A stretch of 64,000 bases of DNA from the NCBI RefSeq assembly GCF_033153115.1, contig NW_026889750.1:20956001-21020000 (forward strand). Reading direction: 5' to 3'. Position numbers and translations under genes: made by a program. The stretch is from Saccostrea echinata. Its lineage: Eukaryota. Each line of letters begins with the position of its first letter. Positions within the stretch are counted from its first letter, which is position 1. The notes beneath the pieces were generated by a model that was not told the DNA's origin, made no database searches, and saw only the letters and a list, made by a program, of their open reading frames with translations. Positions 40,424 to 53,700 of this stretch are shown in pieces.

Positions 40424-43400
40424 ATGCCAGCTAAACAAAGAAGAGTAGCTCTGATGGGCTTCAGATCGGTTGGTAAGTGTTAAAATAATTGTTTGGAATA
40501 TTATGTAGCTATCGTGATCAAGCATGGCTGTATGTCAAATTGTTTGTAAACAAATAAATTTCATCACCAGGTATCATTTGTTGAATGAAAAGAAGTAACA
40601 AAATATTTACAAAGGAGAAAACCAAGAGAGCTGTTACCATTAAATTCCAACAGTATTTTGCTTTCGCGACTATTTATGCGATTGCATGTATACGTGGTAT
40701 TTTTTGATACATGTTGTGTGTCTTACACTCTCTTTTTAAAAATCTCTTGTACAGTTTGACATACACTGTACGTGTATGTAATGGTAATCCGTGTCATTTT
40801 CGGAAACAGAGACGAAGAAGAATACACATAATCACAATATGTCTCAATAATTTTATTTTTAACAGGTCCAGCACAATCTTTTGATTTAGCTATATAGCTT
40901 GAATTGGCTAAAGCCTAAATGTATAGCTTTATTAAGCTATTCAGAATAATTTGCTAAAGCTATATATATATATGTATTTTTCACAAAAATGTTTTTTTAA
41001 AGAAATAGACAAAAATTCACAAGTCTTTGACTGTTCATATAATTACATGTATCAAAAGAGCAACCCAACTCAAAGATAGTTCTAACACTGCAGCTTTGAA
41101 TAGTTTAAAGCAAAAGATTAATTTCTATTGTTTCAATAACTGTACACCACGTTTTCTGCATTGAGGTCAATAAGGTGTAGATAAGTATGATTGCTTCACA
41201 TTGTGCAGAATTTTGACCAATCATCTTGTTGACCAGAATTGATCTCCTTTATAATTTCTATTTGTAAGTTTGTGGTCACAAATCAGTTACCTTATATAGC
41301 CCCAAAACTTTTAGAACTTTGTGTACAAAATCTGTCAAGGAGATGCAATTTGATGAACGATTTTTACATGCATTGTCTGCAAAAGAGTTCAAAGTTGAAT
41401 ACTGTCACTGCACCAAGGTGTGACTTTTTGTACATAATGAAAAAACACATTTAAGAAAAAAGTGTGATAAAATAGCTAAATCAAGCTATTCTAAATAGCT
41501 TAGTAAAGCTATATAGCTAATAAAAGGTATATAGCATAATCAAGAAATTGTACCAGACCTGTTTAATCTGACAGTGTAAACTTTTGTTAAAATTTGTCGA
41601 TCTCCTATATATAATTATTCATTGCTTTGACCTGCATAAAGTAGCATCTGCCTGATATAGACCCTCAGAATCAAAATGATATTTCCAGGTGTTTTAATTG
41701 TTGATAGTGGTAAAAATTCTGATCTCAACATTATAACAAGAGCAAGATATGTTTGTATCCTCACTTGCTAAAGCTATTATATGTCTAAAATAAAAGAATG
41801 AAATGCTTTGTAATATTGGAATTAAACTGATCATGGTAATCCCAAACTATTTATGGTAACTATATAGACATCAAATAAAGCAAATGCATCACGTAGTTGA
41901 TTTTAAATCACATGCATACCTATTACCCGAAGTCATAACACAAAAATACTGAGACATTGTCAAGATATATGCCTTTATTCCATTGAAATTTTTCCTGAAG
42001 GAGGACAAAGATTTGTTAATTATTTTGCTTTTTTTTGTACAGGAAAGTCATCAGTCACAATCCAGTTTGTCGAGAATCATTTTGTAGATTCTTATGACCC
42101 AACAATTGAAAACAGTAAGTGCCAGACACATGAAATACATATGATATACTAGAAACTGTGTGGACAAGTGCTACATTTTACATATGCATGTAGATTAAGA
42201 TCATGTATAACGTACCAAATCTGTAAAATTTCTCAAATGAAATAAATTTTCACTCTTAGGACACCTGTAAAATACTGTGTTAAATATTTTTATCATTTGG
42301 GGTCTTAAAGGTGGAAAACAAATTGATGATACCTAGTTGTAGAATTATTTTAGAAATGTCAAAAAAGTCAAGAGTAAATGTAAATAAAGTTAAGAAAATG
42401 ACCCGGACACAACTGATAATGTTTCGTTACATGTATCATCAATTTTAATTTGTGAAAAGTGCTTGCAGAACATAATCAGTATGATCAATGAAGATATCTT
42501 AAATTTTTGTTGTTTGCAGAGTGTATACATAAGCACTACTTAAACATTAAAAAATAAACCCAATATACAATAAGTATTGTTTATATCCAAATTTGAGGTC
42601 AACCATCCCTTTAGGACAAGGTCAACTAGATAGATATCAGTTGTGTATTTAACCTCATTTGACCAAAAGGAGAAATGATATTTCTCATCTAATAGGTAAA
42701 TGTTTATCAATGACTGAAAGATCACTTTGACATAAAAATACTGTTAAGGTTCACAAGGTGCCTTTTGTAGATCTTGTAGAATTCCAGAAAAAAGACAGTA
42801 TTAATTTGATTTAAATGAAAGTTTTACACCAGGCCCTATGACTGTAAATGTAATAAATGCAGCTATTTTCAATTTATATCATTCATTGTCATGAAGTTTT
42901 CATCTGAAATTTGCAATACTTTAATTTAATAAATATAGAGCATCTTGAATCAAAAGTTTACATGTACAATTATGTAATAGGTGTATTGATTTATAAGTAT
43001 TTTTTTTTTTTTACATTCTTTGAATGCCCCCTGCTTTTCAAGATTGAGAATTTTACTATATTGAATTTTTTAGAAGAACATGTTTAAATGAGAACTGTTC
43101 TTTAAAATTCCAGAAATTATTTGAATCTTGAATAGGTATATATATTAAAATATGTATAGCAGCTGACAAGCAATTGATGTGTAAATTTACAGGACCTATA
43201 TCATGTTTATGTATCACATCACTTGATTCTGCAATAATTTTTACCCCATGATAGTATAATTATACTATGGGTTAAAAATTTATTACAGAAACAATACTAT
43301 GTTAGGTATGGTAAAGGGATTGTATCTCTGTCAGTTGCATCATGCTGTTAATTTTTCATTTTGTTCTTTCTCTCTTAAAAGCTTTCCAAAAGACCCTCAA

Positions 43401-46400
43401 AATCCGTGGACAAGAGTACTCTCTGCAAGTGATTGACACAGCTGGCCAGGTTAGAATTAAAAGAAAACATGTTTATTGTTTAACATGATTTTCTGTTTAA
43501 TTTAATAGTTTTACTGAATGTGTTTGAATTATTGAATATGAAAGATCTCGTTTTTTTTTAAAGTAGGTACTGGTACATTTTAGCTAACTGAAAATTAGCT
43601 GGTACTATTACATGTATACTATTACACTGGATAGCATTGGTTAATACTGTGGACATCTTAGGTTAAATGCAATAAATATTTGGCATAAGCAGTCATAATT
43701 TATAAACTTAATGCAGTGGATAAGATTACTGCTCGAAAATATTCTTTAGCAGTATAATTGGTAGCTCATTTAATCCTGTGTGCATCAAAGTTTATCATGT
43801 TTATCTTTAAGAGAGAATATAGTGACATTTAAAGTATTGACAGCTAATTAATATTTACAGTTAATTAGAGCTGACATTTTAAAGTAAGAACACATTTCCT
43901 AGAAAACACGTTGTAAACACATTTTCTTTTAACCTTGGTTATTTGTAGGATGAGTACTCCATTCTGCCCCAGTCTTATTTTGTGAATATAGATGGATATG
44001 TATTGGTATATTCTGTCAATTCTAGGAAAAGGTAAATGCACACACAAACACTCACACAAAGTATTTTGAAAGGGTTATATTGGAATCACCATGTTCTGTC
44101 TCTCTTTCTAGGTTCTTGTAAAGTGTACAGGCAGATTTACCTCAACGTTTTTCGTTGCATACGTGCAACATCATGATTTAAAATGTACTCTTGCTTTGTT
44201 TTGTATTTAAAAAAATAAACTGAAATAGAAAAACACATTAGCAGTGATTTATGCAATTTATTATAAATTTTGACTTCAAAATATTTTATTTTCATTTCTC
44301 TATTCTTGTAGAACAACACACACTTAACCCTTTGGGTACAGTCAATATTGTCCTTCACAAGTAGCTAAATTATCAAATTAACAGTATGCAAGTCTGTAAA
44401 TATTGTATAATATCAGTTAATAGAAAGGACCTTCTGTTGATAACAACATGTTATTTTCCACACATTTTTACTAAAATATCCATGTTTACAAAGTTTCCCT
44501 ACATGAATATTGAAATGAAGCATATTTAATATTTTTTAATTGGTATTTTACATTGTTGTAACTTAATTTCACTTGCTTTAGATCATTTCTATTTTTTTTT
44601 CTAGCTTTGAGGTGGTGAAGTTTGTCTATGATAAGCTCTTGGATATGAAAGGAACCATCAAGTATGTACCAAACAAAGTTTTGCACTGATTATATTCAAC
44701 CCATTTTTTGACAAATAGTTGCATCACTTTATGTAGGAATTCTTTACAAATAATAGTTTATTTCACAATTAAATGAATAGTAATAACTTTATGTGGTACA
44801 TTGTAATTATAAATATCAGGCTATAACAATGTCCAGAAAGTGAAGATTATTTGTACGTTCAGGTATTTCAAAATATTAGAATTGAAAAACTTTAGCTAAC
44901 TATCATGAAACTCCAACTATATACATCCACTTATACTTCACTTATTCTCTTCCAGTGGTGTACCAGTAGTATTGGTAGGAAACAAATGTGACTTAGCCAC
45001 AGAAAGGTATTATATTGATTGGTCTGAAAAAATCCATACAATTTTCATGTTCCAGTATAATTTCATTTCTCTTTATACTACTTTTTTTTTTTATGGTGGA
45101 TACATTTTTTTTTAAACTTCATGACTTGGGGTGTTATACAAAATTGTGGTGTTTGGAAGCTTTGAGTCAAGGCTTTGATCACATTTTTTGCAAGAAATAC
45201 ATACATTGGTGTTCTTTCTTCTTCTGGAAATAAGGGTACTCATAACTGTTTTAGTTGTAAACAAATTACTCAACNNNNNNNNNNNNNNNNNNNNNNNNNN
45301 NNNNNNNNNNNNNNNNNNNNNNNNNNNNNNNNNNNNNNNNNNNNNNNNNNNNNNNNNNNNNNNNNNNNNNNNNNNNNNNNNNNNNNNNNNNNNNNNNNNN
45401 NNNNNNNNNNNNNNNNNAATTTGCTAGCAAGAACATGTAAGTTATATCATCAAAGTTTAAAAATGATCTCAAGAAAGACATTGCTTTTATAGGGAAGTGA
45501 CTTTTGAAGAAGGAAAGAGATTGGCAGATAGCTGGAAGGTATCCTTTCTGGAAACATGTGCAAAGGAACATCATGTAAGTACATAATACATGTATATTAA
45601 CAGTGAGTTTAAGGTTCTTTAAAAAGAATGTTTAAATGGATTCTATTTCGCAAGTTTCACTGAAAAAAAATATGGCCTACATTTATATTCACCTCAAATG
45701 CTATTGACAGGCCAGTATTATTGAAAAATGTTGATTATAACTTTATAAATTTCCTTGATATCTGATAGTTATTTATTTTGTCAAATGGTTTATTACTGTC
45801 AGAGACCTATATACTAACGGGATAGGCAACTCCTTCAGCGCCATGTTTATTTACCCAAAGCGTCAAACACAAAACTGCAAGTTCTTCAAACTACGTTTTT
45901 TCCCAGTAAAAAGCTTGTTTTCTGATTAATGTAATCTGTTCTTTTTGTGTATCAGAATGGATATTTGATAAATTTTAAAGCACATATTATAAATAATTTA
46001 GATATTAAGTAAACAACCACCAAAATCGGCGATTTCTCGGAAATACGGCGGATCATGGGCACGCTCTGATTTTTAAATAAACGTAATTACTACTAAGATA
46101 AGGAGTAAAAACAGTGCTAATAACAAATCTTGAATAATTTTTTGATAGATAAATTAAGGTTTTATTCTGAAATAATTGATAGCAAAAAAGATATATTTAA
46201 TTAAAATTGACTTACGAAATCCCGCAGCTTACAAATTGCAAATGTGAAGAATTATAAATCATAAGATAATCATTGCATAAGATTTTATAAATCATACATT
46301 GCATAAGATATAAGGGAAATTGTGTTTTTGAATATAATTTCTTTTGTTGATCTAAGTCAAAAGTTGCTTGTACATGTAGTCTGGTGACTATCATCTGTTA

Positions 46401-47845
46401 ACTTTAAACATTTTTGATTTCTGTTAAAAAATCAGGGGACCAGTTTCAACTAAACTTGCTTGGGTGAAGTGCTTTCAAATTTATTCAAATGAAGAGCCCC
46501 TCTTTGAAGGGATGTTAATTGCCCCCTGCTTTCACTGAAAGGGGGGGGTATTAATTTTGTTTGGTCTGTCTGTGTCTGTCTGTCATTCTGTATGTGTGTA
46601 ACACTATCATTTTTAGATGATATCTCAAAAAGTCTCTGAGCTTTTGCAATGAAATTGTATATCACAACTCCCTGTGGCCTAAGGAAGACCCCTATTGCTA
46701 TTGAGGTCAAAAGTTCAAGATCAAAAATTCATACATTGTTTAAAAAATTGGTTTCCAAATGACAACTTTAGTTTTCTTTGAGCTTTTATCAATGAAATTT
46801 TATATCAGAACTCTCAATGTCTGAAAAAAGACATATTATATTGATTTTGAGGTCAAAAGGCAAAGGTCATGATCAGAAATTCATACACTCTATATGTGTT
46901 TAACACTTTTATTTCAGTATCTCAAAAAGCCTTTGAACTTTTGCAATGAAATTTTATATCACAACTCCCTGTAGTGTAAGGAGACCCCTATCAATTTTGA
47001 GGTCAGTAGGTCAAAGGTGAAGGTCAGAAATTTATACATTGCAAAAATTGTTTCCTGGTGATAACTTTTGTTCTCTTAAGTTCACGAAAAAAAGAAAAGG
47101 GTGGAAGGCCTCAAAGAAATAAGGATTTGCATGGGAATTTTTTACCATTAGTCAATATAACTAATTGATTTTTATGCCAAAAGGTCAAAGACCAAGGTCA
47201 GAAATTCATATACATGTATTGCATAAATAGTTTTCTTGTGATAACTAAAGTTCTTTGTTAGCTTTTGCAATGAAATTTATGGGCATGAATTTCTTTAACC
47301 TAAAAAAAGATGTCTATTGACTTTAAGGCCAAAAAGCTAAAAGATCAAGGTTGACCTTTTTTCTTTCTCCATCTGCATTTCTTTGAGGCCTTCCACCCTT
47401 TTCTTTTTTTTCATGAACCAGGGTACACAAATTCCCTGAATCAGCTTATTAAGAAATAAGATGGGATCATTAAAAAATATTTCCTCAAGAACCAGTGGGC
47501 CAGAAAAGATGACATTTATGTCAAAAATCGTCTCAACAACAGCTGTGCCCTGATAAGTCTAGCATCCTTTATTAGTGCAAATTCAAGTTTGTTCAAATCA
47601 TGGCCTTGAGAAGTGGGGTGTTAAAATTTTCATGGGAGTAAAGGGATTGGGGGAAATTTCTTCTGAAGAACAGTAGAGCCAAGGTTACTCAGGTCAGATG
47701 AGCCTTATGGTCCATGGAATTTTTTTCTTAAATCGATTCCTTTTTTTTACAGACTGTGACAGAAGTTTTCACTCAGATTATCCTCGCCATTGAGAGAGCA
47801 GAGGGAAATAACCCTGACCAGAATAAGTCCTGTGTATTATCTTGA
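40424..47845 (+). CDS. RHEB: GTP-binding protein Rheb (184 aa)
   Basis: Exons 40424-40472, 42043-42114, 43382-43449, 43949-44031, 44605-44661, 44956-45006, 45493-45574 and 47753-47845 total 555 nt. G1 GFRSVGKSS carries the Rheb-diagnostic Arg. Also YDPTIENTF, DTAGQDEYS, GNKCD and CAAX CVLS. Confidence 0.97.
40863..41561. mobile_element. MITE in Rheb intron 1 with CAGG..CCTG termini and 5-bp TSD
   Basis: caggtccagcacaatct..gatttagctatatag / tatatagcataatcaagaaattgtaccagacctg. Subterminal agctat repeats. tttaa on both flanks. Confidence 0.65.
45275..45417. other. Assembly gap (N run)
   Basis: Run of N in Rheb intron 6. Confidence 1.
46380..47715 (+). mobile_element. Nested Helentron-like elements with internal satellite arrays in Rheb intron 7
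   Basis: The inner element (~46518-47360) starts gccccc..hairpin..ggggg, then ctgtctgt microsatellite, then ~140-160-bp repeats (gcttttgcaatgaaatt at ~46640, 46781, 46938, 47261; gaggtcaaa(a)ggtca). The outer pieces carry Cg170-like ctcaagaaccagtgggccagaaaag and attcaagtttgttcaaatcatggcc and end with tactcaggt. Confidence 0.6.
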
Positions 47846-48508
47846 TGATAATAATGTCAGTGACTTCTTTTAATGCATTGTAATCTTATGGAATGAAGAA
47901 CTTATTTGTATTATATAATTTTCAATTGTACATATAAAATTGTAGATGTTTTTGTGTAAGGCGAGTGCATGACATCTCAGGTTAAAATATTGCATTGTGA
48001 ATTATTTTTATTCTCTGATTTTAAACACATAATTGTTAGAGTTTTAGACTTTGAAGACAGTAGGGAAGAATTGTTCTGTTCACATATTATTTAATGTTAC
48101 AACACTGTATTTGACTTGTATACTTTTACATCATGTATTGAATATATAATTATATGAATGAAATTGTATTTTGATGCTCCCAATTCTACAGACAGTATGA
48201 TCAGTGTTTTTTTTTCATTGATTGGAAATGATATAGTTCCTGAAAATTGTTTGAAACGTAGATCATTATTAATTAACATTACTTTGAATTTTTCATTTGT
48301 ATGTCACATAATTCAGCACCATGCAAGTTTTAGTGAAAAAAAATGTGAATTATGAATTTTCCATGCAATAAAATGAAAACAATTTTGATTGCATTTCTTC
48401 ATTTAACAGTTGAGAAATGCTAAGGATGTTGTTTTGAAATATACATATATAGTTGATATATTTTGATATGGCCTTTAAGGGAAATGTAGCTATCCTACAA
48501 TGTATTAA

Positions 48509-48871
48509 CACAGGTACTTGTGGACAGGACCCCCCCCCCCCCCCCCATATTCAACCCCGGGGCTTGTTGGACATTTTTTCACAAATTATATTTATTACAC
48601 TTTTTCATCATGTGTACCTTAGGAAAAAATCGTGAAAACCCCAAAATAATCGTTCCACACAAAAATACCTCATTATACATTATAAGAGAGAAATGTATAA
48701 TGAGGTGTTTTTGTGTGGAACGATTATTTTGAGGTTTTCACGATTTTTTCCTATGGTACACATGATGAATAAGTGTAATAAATATAATTTGTGAAAAAAT
48801 GTCCAACAAGCCCCGGGGTTGAATATCGGCCGGGGGGGGGGGGGGGTTGTTCCTGTCCACAAGTACCTGTG
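48509..48871. mobile_element. 363-bp foldback DNA transposon, CACAGGTAC termini, perfect 8-bp TSD (P- or hAT-like)
   Basis: Two ~175-bp inverted arms with a ~9-nt spacer. TSD tgtattaa at 48501-48508 and 48872-48879. Confidence 0.85.
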
Positions 48872-48879
48872 TGTATTAA

Positions 48880-49253
48880 GAACCCTCTCTACACTGCACC
48901 CTAATTTTAGGGTACTTTTGTGTAATTAGACAGACCCATAATTTGACACACACAAAAAATGAATTATAATCTGCATTCTATGACATAATTTAAAATAAAT
49001 TCAAGTATTCTACACATTATATTAGACCAAGATAGAGTATTTGAAAACTTTATTTGCTTGGATTTTCTCCATTTGAGAAAGCAAAATCAATTTTTCAAGA
49101 TTATTACTTCATTGTCTTTGAAGATTTTTCCTGGATAAAAAAGGCAGGCTCCCTATATTAAAAATGAATTAGTTAATTTCAAAATATCCTCCTTTAAACT
49201 ATATAATTTTGGCAAAGTCTAAAAAACATTTTTCATTAGTGTATAGAGGGTCC
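48880..49253. mobile_element. TTAA-TSD MITE (Kolobok-like), copy 2
   Basis: ttaa|gaaccctctctacact ... agtgtatagagggtcc|ttaa. Body matches 15219-15717. Confidence 0.8.
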
Positions 49254-49641
49254 TTAATCCATTTATAAGACAGATGCTTTAACCTGATCTTCGTGTGATA
49301 AGTAATCTCCTCTCTATATGGACCAGTCCAGGGCTAGTATGGCTAGGTAGACCGATATAGAACTCAGATGAAGTATTCATGTCTATATTGGTGTTCCGAA
49401 TGAGAACCTCTTACCTGCAAAGCACATAAGAAATGCTGCCAATTACCTGATATAATGCACTTTTCAATCTGTATGGTACTTTTAATCTGAATAGTGCATA
49501 TTTTTGACGACACGCTTATCAATTCGGTATTAAAATTTCATTGCTTGAAGTGATGGAATAGATGTATATAGATCTTTACCTGTATCCTAATTGGTGGTAT
49601 AGATCAATTCGAGGTTGGAAGTTTTAGGATCAAGAGTAGTA

Positions 49642-50317
49642 CGAGGGTTGATCCGAAAGTAATGCACAACTGCTATAAAATCTTTAATAACCAAATTTTT
49701 TTTCAAAATTGAACATACTTATACCCCGTATATATTTTGATTTTTGCCTTAAACAGTTAAAATTCCATTCGATTGTATAAAATACATTTTAAAGTATTAA
49801 GATAAACGCATCTTTAGGTTTTGTCTACCGCCGCACGTCAAAAATGTTACCGACGTCGTTACAAAAATGTATGACGTTACTTTTCGGCACTCATTTGCAG
49901 TTCATCGGCATATCTTTTTAACCTCTCACGTGCTTCTTTTTAATATTCTTTACTGCCATTTTGCTCAGTATTAACGGTCTTGTTTTCACTTGTAGCATTA
50001 AAATCATTTGAACTTTTTCCAAATGTTATTTCTAAAGTCATTCCTTTTGGCGTAAATCTTATGATACATCAGATTCAGAATGAGTGTCGAAGAGAAACGT
50101 CATAACGACGTCGGTACATTCTTGCTGTGCGGCGATAGACGAGACCCAAGGTTGTGTTTATTTTAATATTTTATAAAGTTTTGCATATATCTTAATGAAA
50201 TTTTCGGGCAAAAATTAAAGTAGATAGAGGTAGTAGTATATAAAGTTTTGATGAATTCTTTTTCGATTATTAAAGATTTTATATAGCAGTTGTAACATTG
50301 CTTTTGTATCACCTTCG
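49642..50317. mobile_element. Non-autonomous mariner-like element with ~220-bp diverged TIRs and TA TSD
   Basis: ta|cgagggttgatccgaaagtaatgcacaactgctataaaatctttaataa ... ttattaaagattttatatagcagttgtaacattgcttttgtatcaccttcg|ta. Inner arm ends accgacgtcgtta / taacgacgtcggt. Confidence 0.8.
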
Positions 50318-50336
50318 TACATGTATAATGAATCTG

Positions 50337-50537
50337 TGTTCAACTTTTAAAAAAGTTCTTATTTGAAGAGAGGAATGAAGATGAATGAAATATTAAGAAA
50401 ATTACATGTTATTAACATTCCAAAGACATAAAAATATGTTCAACTTTAAGTTCCTATTTGAAGAGAGGAATGAAGATGAATGAAATATTAAGAAAATTAC
50501 ATGTTATTAACATTCCACTGACAAAGACATAAAAATA
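50337..50537. repeat. ~100-bp tandem duplication
   Basis: tgttcaactt..tatttgaagagaggaatgaagatgaatgaaatattaagaaaattacatgttattaacattcca..aagacataaaaata occurs twice. Confidence 0.9.
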
Positions 50538-50747
50538 TATGTCAAGAACAAAGTGATGGTATGTGAAGTATGCTTTAAGATGCTAGTATGAATGTTTACA
50601 TGCATTCACATGTATCTAAAGTTTTATTAAATGCTAATTATAAAAGGAACACAAGTTAGTAATGAAAATTTCTCATTTATTTAAGGCTCGTTTTACAGGC
50701 TTTTTATAAAAGTTTCTCTTTCCTGGGATCTTCAGACTTGTACCATA

Positions 50748-53700
50748 TTACACAGTACCTGCTAAAGATAAAATATGTTACTATGGGTACTGCGCAAAAT
50801 TTCCTTAATATATGTAATTGCATCTAAAGGACAAAAACAAAAGGACAATGAAATTCAATCAAATAATCGTCGCTTAATCTCTCAAAAAAAAATGCTATAT
50901 ACCAACTTTATTTGGAAAAAAAAACTTGTTTTTGGTGATTTTATAACAATATACGAGTATAGGCATCATTTTGCTTTCGCCATATTTTTACCTTAACGTC
51001 TTGTCTTTTTTAAAGCTGTTTAGATCGATTAACTTGTTTACGGTGAAAAAAATTGCTATTTTTTACTTCTTCGAAGGTTAGCCGCACATGAAGGTAATTA
51101 ATTAACAGTTTAATGAAAAGATTTTAAATACAATAGTAAATACTCTTTTCTATCATTTAGTATAATTTACCAAGTTTATTTCGTCAAAGAAAAATGGCTG
51201 GCCTTGAATCATTTTTTGGAAGATTCAAACAGGCCTACTCACCACACTTGGAAACACCGCATGATTCAACATAGTGAGCATTCTCCTGAATGTAACAGAC
51301 TGGCTCATTTATGCCGTAGGGTGCGAAGTAATTCCTACAGTAGTTATTCCCGGGAAGAAAATCGTAGAACTTGGACCACATCAGGCACTGCTTCCCAGAG
51401 ACAGTAACACTAACCGTCCCATGGTAGTTTGAGCCATCCGCCTGAAAGCAGCTCTCATCTGTAATTAATCACAATAAGCACTGTTTCACAAAATAAAGGG
51501 TTAATTGCTAGCTTGGTGTATAAAATCACAATTATACATCTATATGGTATACGTGTCTGTACGAGTCGATTTATGATAGAAGGTAACTAGATGTATTTCC
51601 ATACTCAACACTCGTCGCTAATCCCCCCCCCCCCTCCCCGGCCTCTCCTTTCTCTTGGTGTTTCAGCTCCAGGTGCATCATAAATACTTGAGTATATATA
51701 TCAGTCGGAAAGAATAGGGACAGGTCCTGTCCACCATAGCATTAGATCATTAAATACACTGTATATAATTACAATTTTGAGAGTATGAAAGGGAAATTAC
51801 TTTTTTCAGATTAAGAAAGATGGCGTTTACCTGGAATCATGGCGGTGCTGTTTGTAGCTGTGGAACCGCTGCTTCCGGTATCAGACCCGTCACCTCCAAC
51901 ACAGAGGTTGTCTGAACACGTTGAACCACTTGGACAAGAACTGCATGGAGTTCCAGACACGTACGGTTTTTGGCCATTGTAATTTCCACTGATTCAAACA
52001 AGCATAATAATGACAGTTAACTTTCATAACAGTTTACATTAATTTAAAAAATACAGAGGAATATTAGTCTTTTGGTCAAGTCAATGAGTATGAATTCTGC
52101 ACAAAATTTTCCATCTAAAATTGCTAAATGTACATGTATCACTATGCATAAAAAAGAATTCTTTGATGCTTTTAGGCGTATGATTATGGTGGATTGACCT
52201 GGTTAGGGGCACTGGGATTCAGACTGCACGGTATCCCCTTACGAAGTTAATCTTTTATAGAAAATTAAAATTATATATTTCATACTTGTGCATGTAGCAG
52301 AGGAAAGTATTAGTTTCACTTACACACAACAGGGTCGAAGCAAAGAAAGTATAAATCTTTTGAGTTGATTATTTGTCTATCATAGCACAACAATTTAGAA
52401 ATAAATAACAAGTTTAAAAACTTCTCTGGGAAATGAAGTGGGTCGGTCACGTGATCAAATCCTGTGAAGGCCGAAGGCCTTCTCAGAAGATTTGATCACG
52501 TACCGACCCACTTCATTTCCCAGTGAAGTTTTTAAACTTGTTATTCATTACTTATATATACATTTGAGACGGACAATCGAATATAAATATTGCACTAACT
52601 GTTCGACGTAGATTTTTTACAAATTACGCAAGGTGTAAATCGGCTTGAAAAGCGGTTACGCTTCAAATTCATCTGGCAAAGGATTCTGTTTTGAAGGGAA
52701 TATTTTGTGAAAGGATACTTGTGATCAATTATAGTGAGCAAATTGGTGTCTTGGAATTTTTGTATTCATGAGAACCCATATTCGATGTTAAAAAAACACA
52801 AGAAAAACGTCCGATGTTTGTTAATAAAAATTTGGAGGAATTTCGGTCGGATAGGGATAGATGGAGACACTTTTCCGGACCAGTCAACTTGAAATCAAGT
52901 ATAAAATTTGATCAGAAACATAAAATCTACGATTTCAGTAAGGCATATTTATTATGAAATTGACAAGGAGACACTGGCGACAGCTTACACTGTTAAAACG
53001 ATCTCGATGATGGAGGTGTGCCTACCGAACTTCCAAAGTCAGCTGCATGTTTGTGACGTGATCGCATTGCATTGATATTTTCCAACAGATTTTCAAATTT
53101 ATTGTGAGTAAAGTTTAATGAAAAAAAAATATATAGCATTGAGAGGTCTAGCCTACAAGAAAAATAAGGGTAAACGTTGAGACTGCAGCTCAGACATGAA
53201 ACTTATAACACGTAGTTTTCTATTCTCTATATAAAATAGATCAAGAACTGTATTAAATACTCGTTTACATTGTAAATAAAATTATTATTATTTTACTTGC
53301 GTATTTTGTACATTTTTATACATTAAAAACATGCTATATTGCACTATAAGTAGAGTAAGTCTTTTTATGTAGATATTACTGCGCTGTGTGATTAGGTCAC
53401 GTAATGACCCATGACCTTCGAAAAACTTCATACAGGTATTTGCTCTCTGTATGTTTATACAATAGAGAGATACCACAAATGTATATACTATTAAATGAAA
53501 AGTTGGGCTAGATGAAGAGTCACCCCTCCCCCTTTCTGCTTCACAGGTAACGATATTTTAATACAGAGTATATTGGAAAAGTTTTGCCTGTGCCCACAGT
53601 TAGTCGAGATCTGCAAAGGACTCTAGGAGTAATTTCTACTCACCCCTCTCCATAATTGCAAACCACGATATTTCCACCATTAAAACTCGAAGGTAGGCCA

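Noticed and set aside
45175-45574. ORFs spanning X runs (also 36537-36926)
   Set aside because: Artefacts of translating N gaps.
48453-48862. Near-identical ORFs on opposite strands
   Set aside because: They are the two arms of the foldback element.
50674-50750. Possible stop read-through in CAP-kringle copy 1 (24 open codons after TAA)
   Set aside because: The paralog also stops 3 residues after the kringle, and the extension is not conserved between them.
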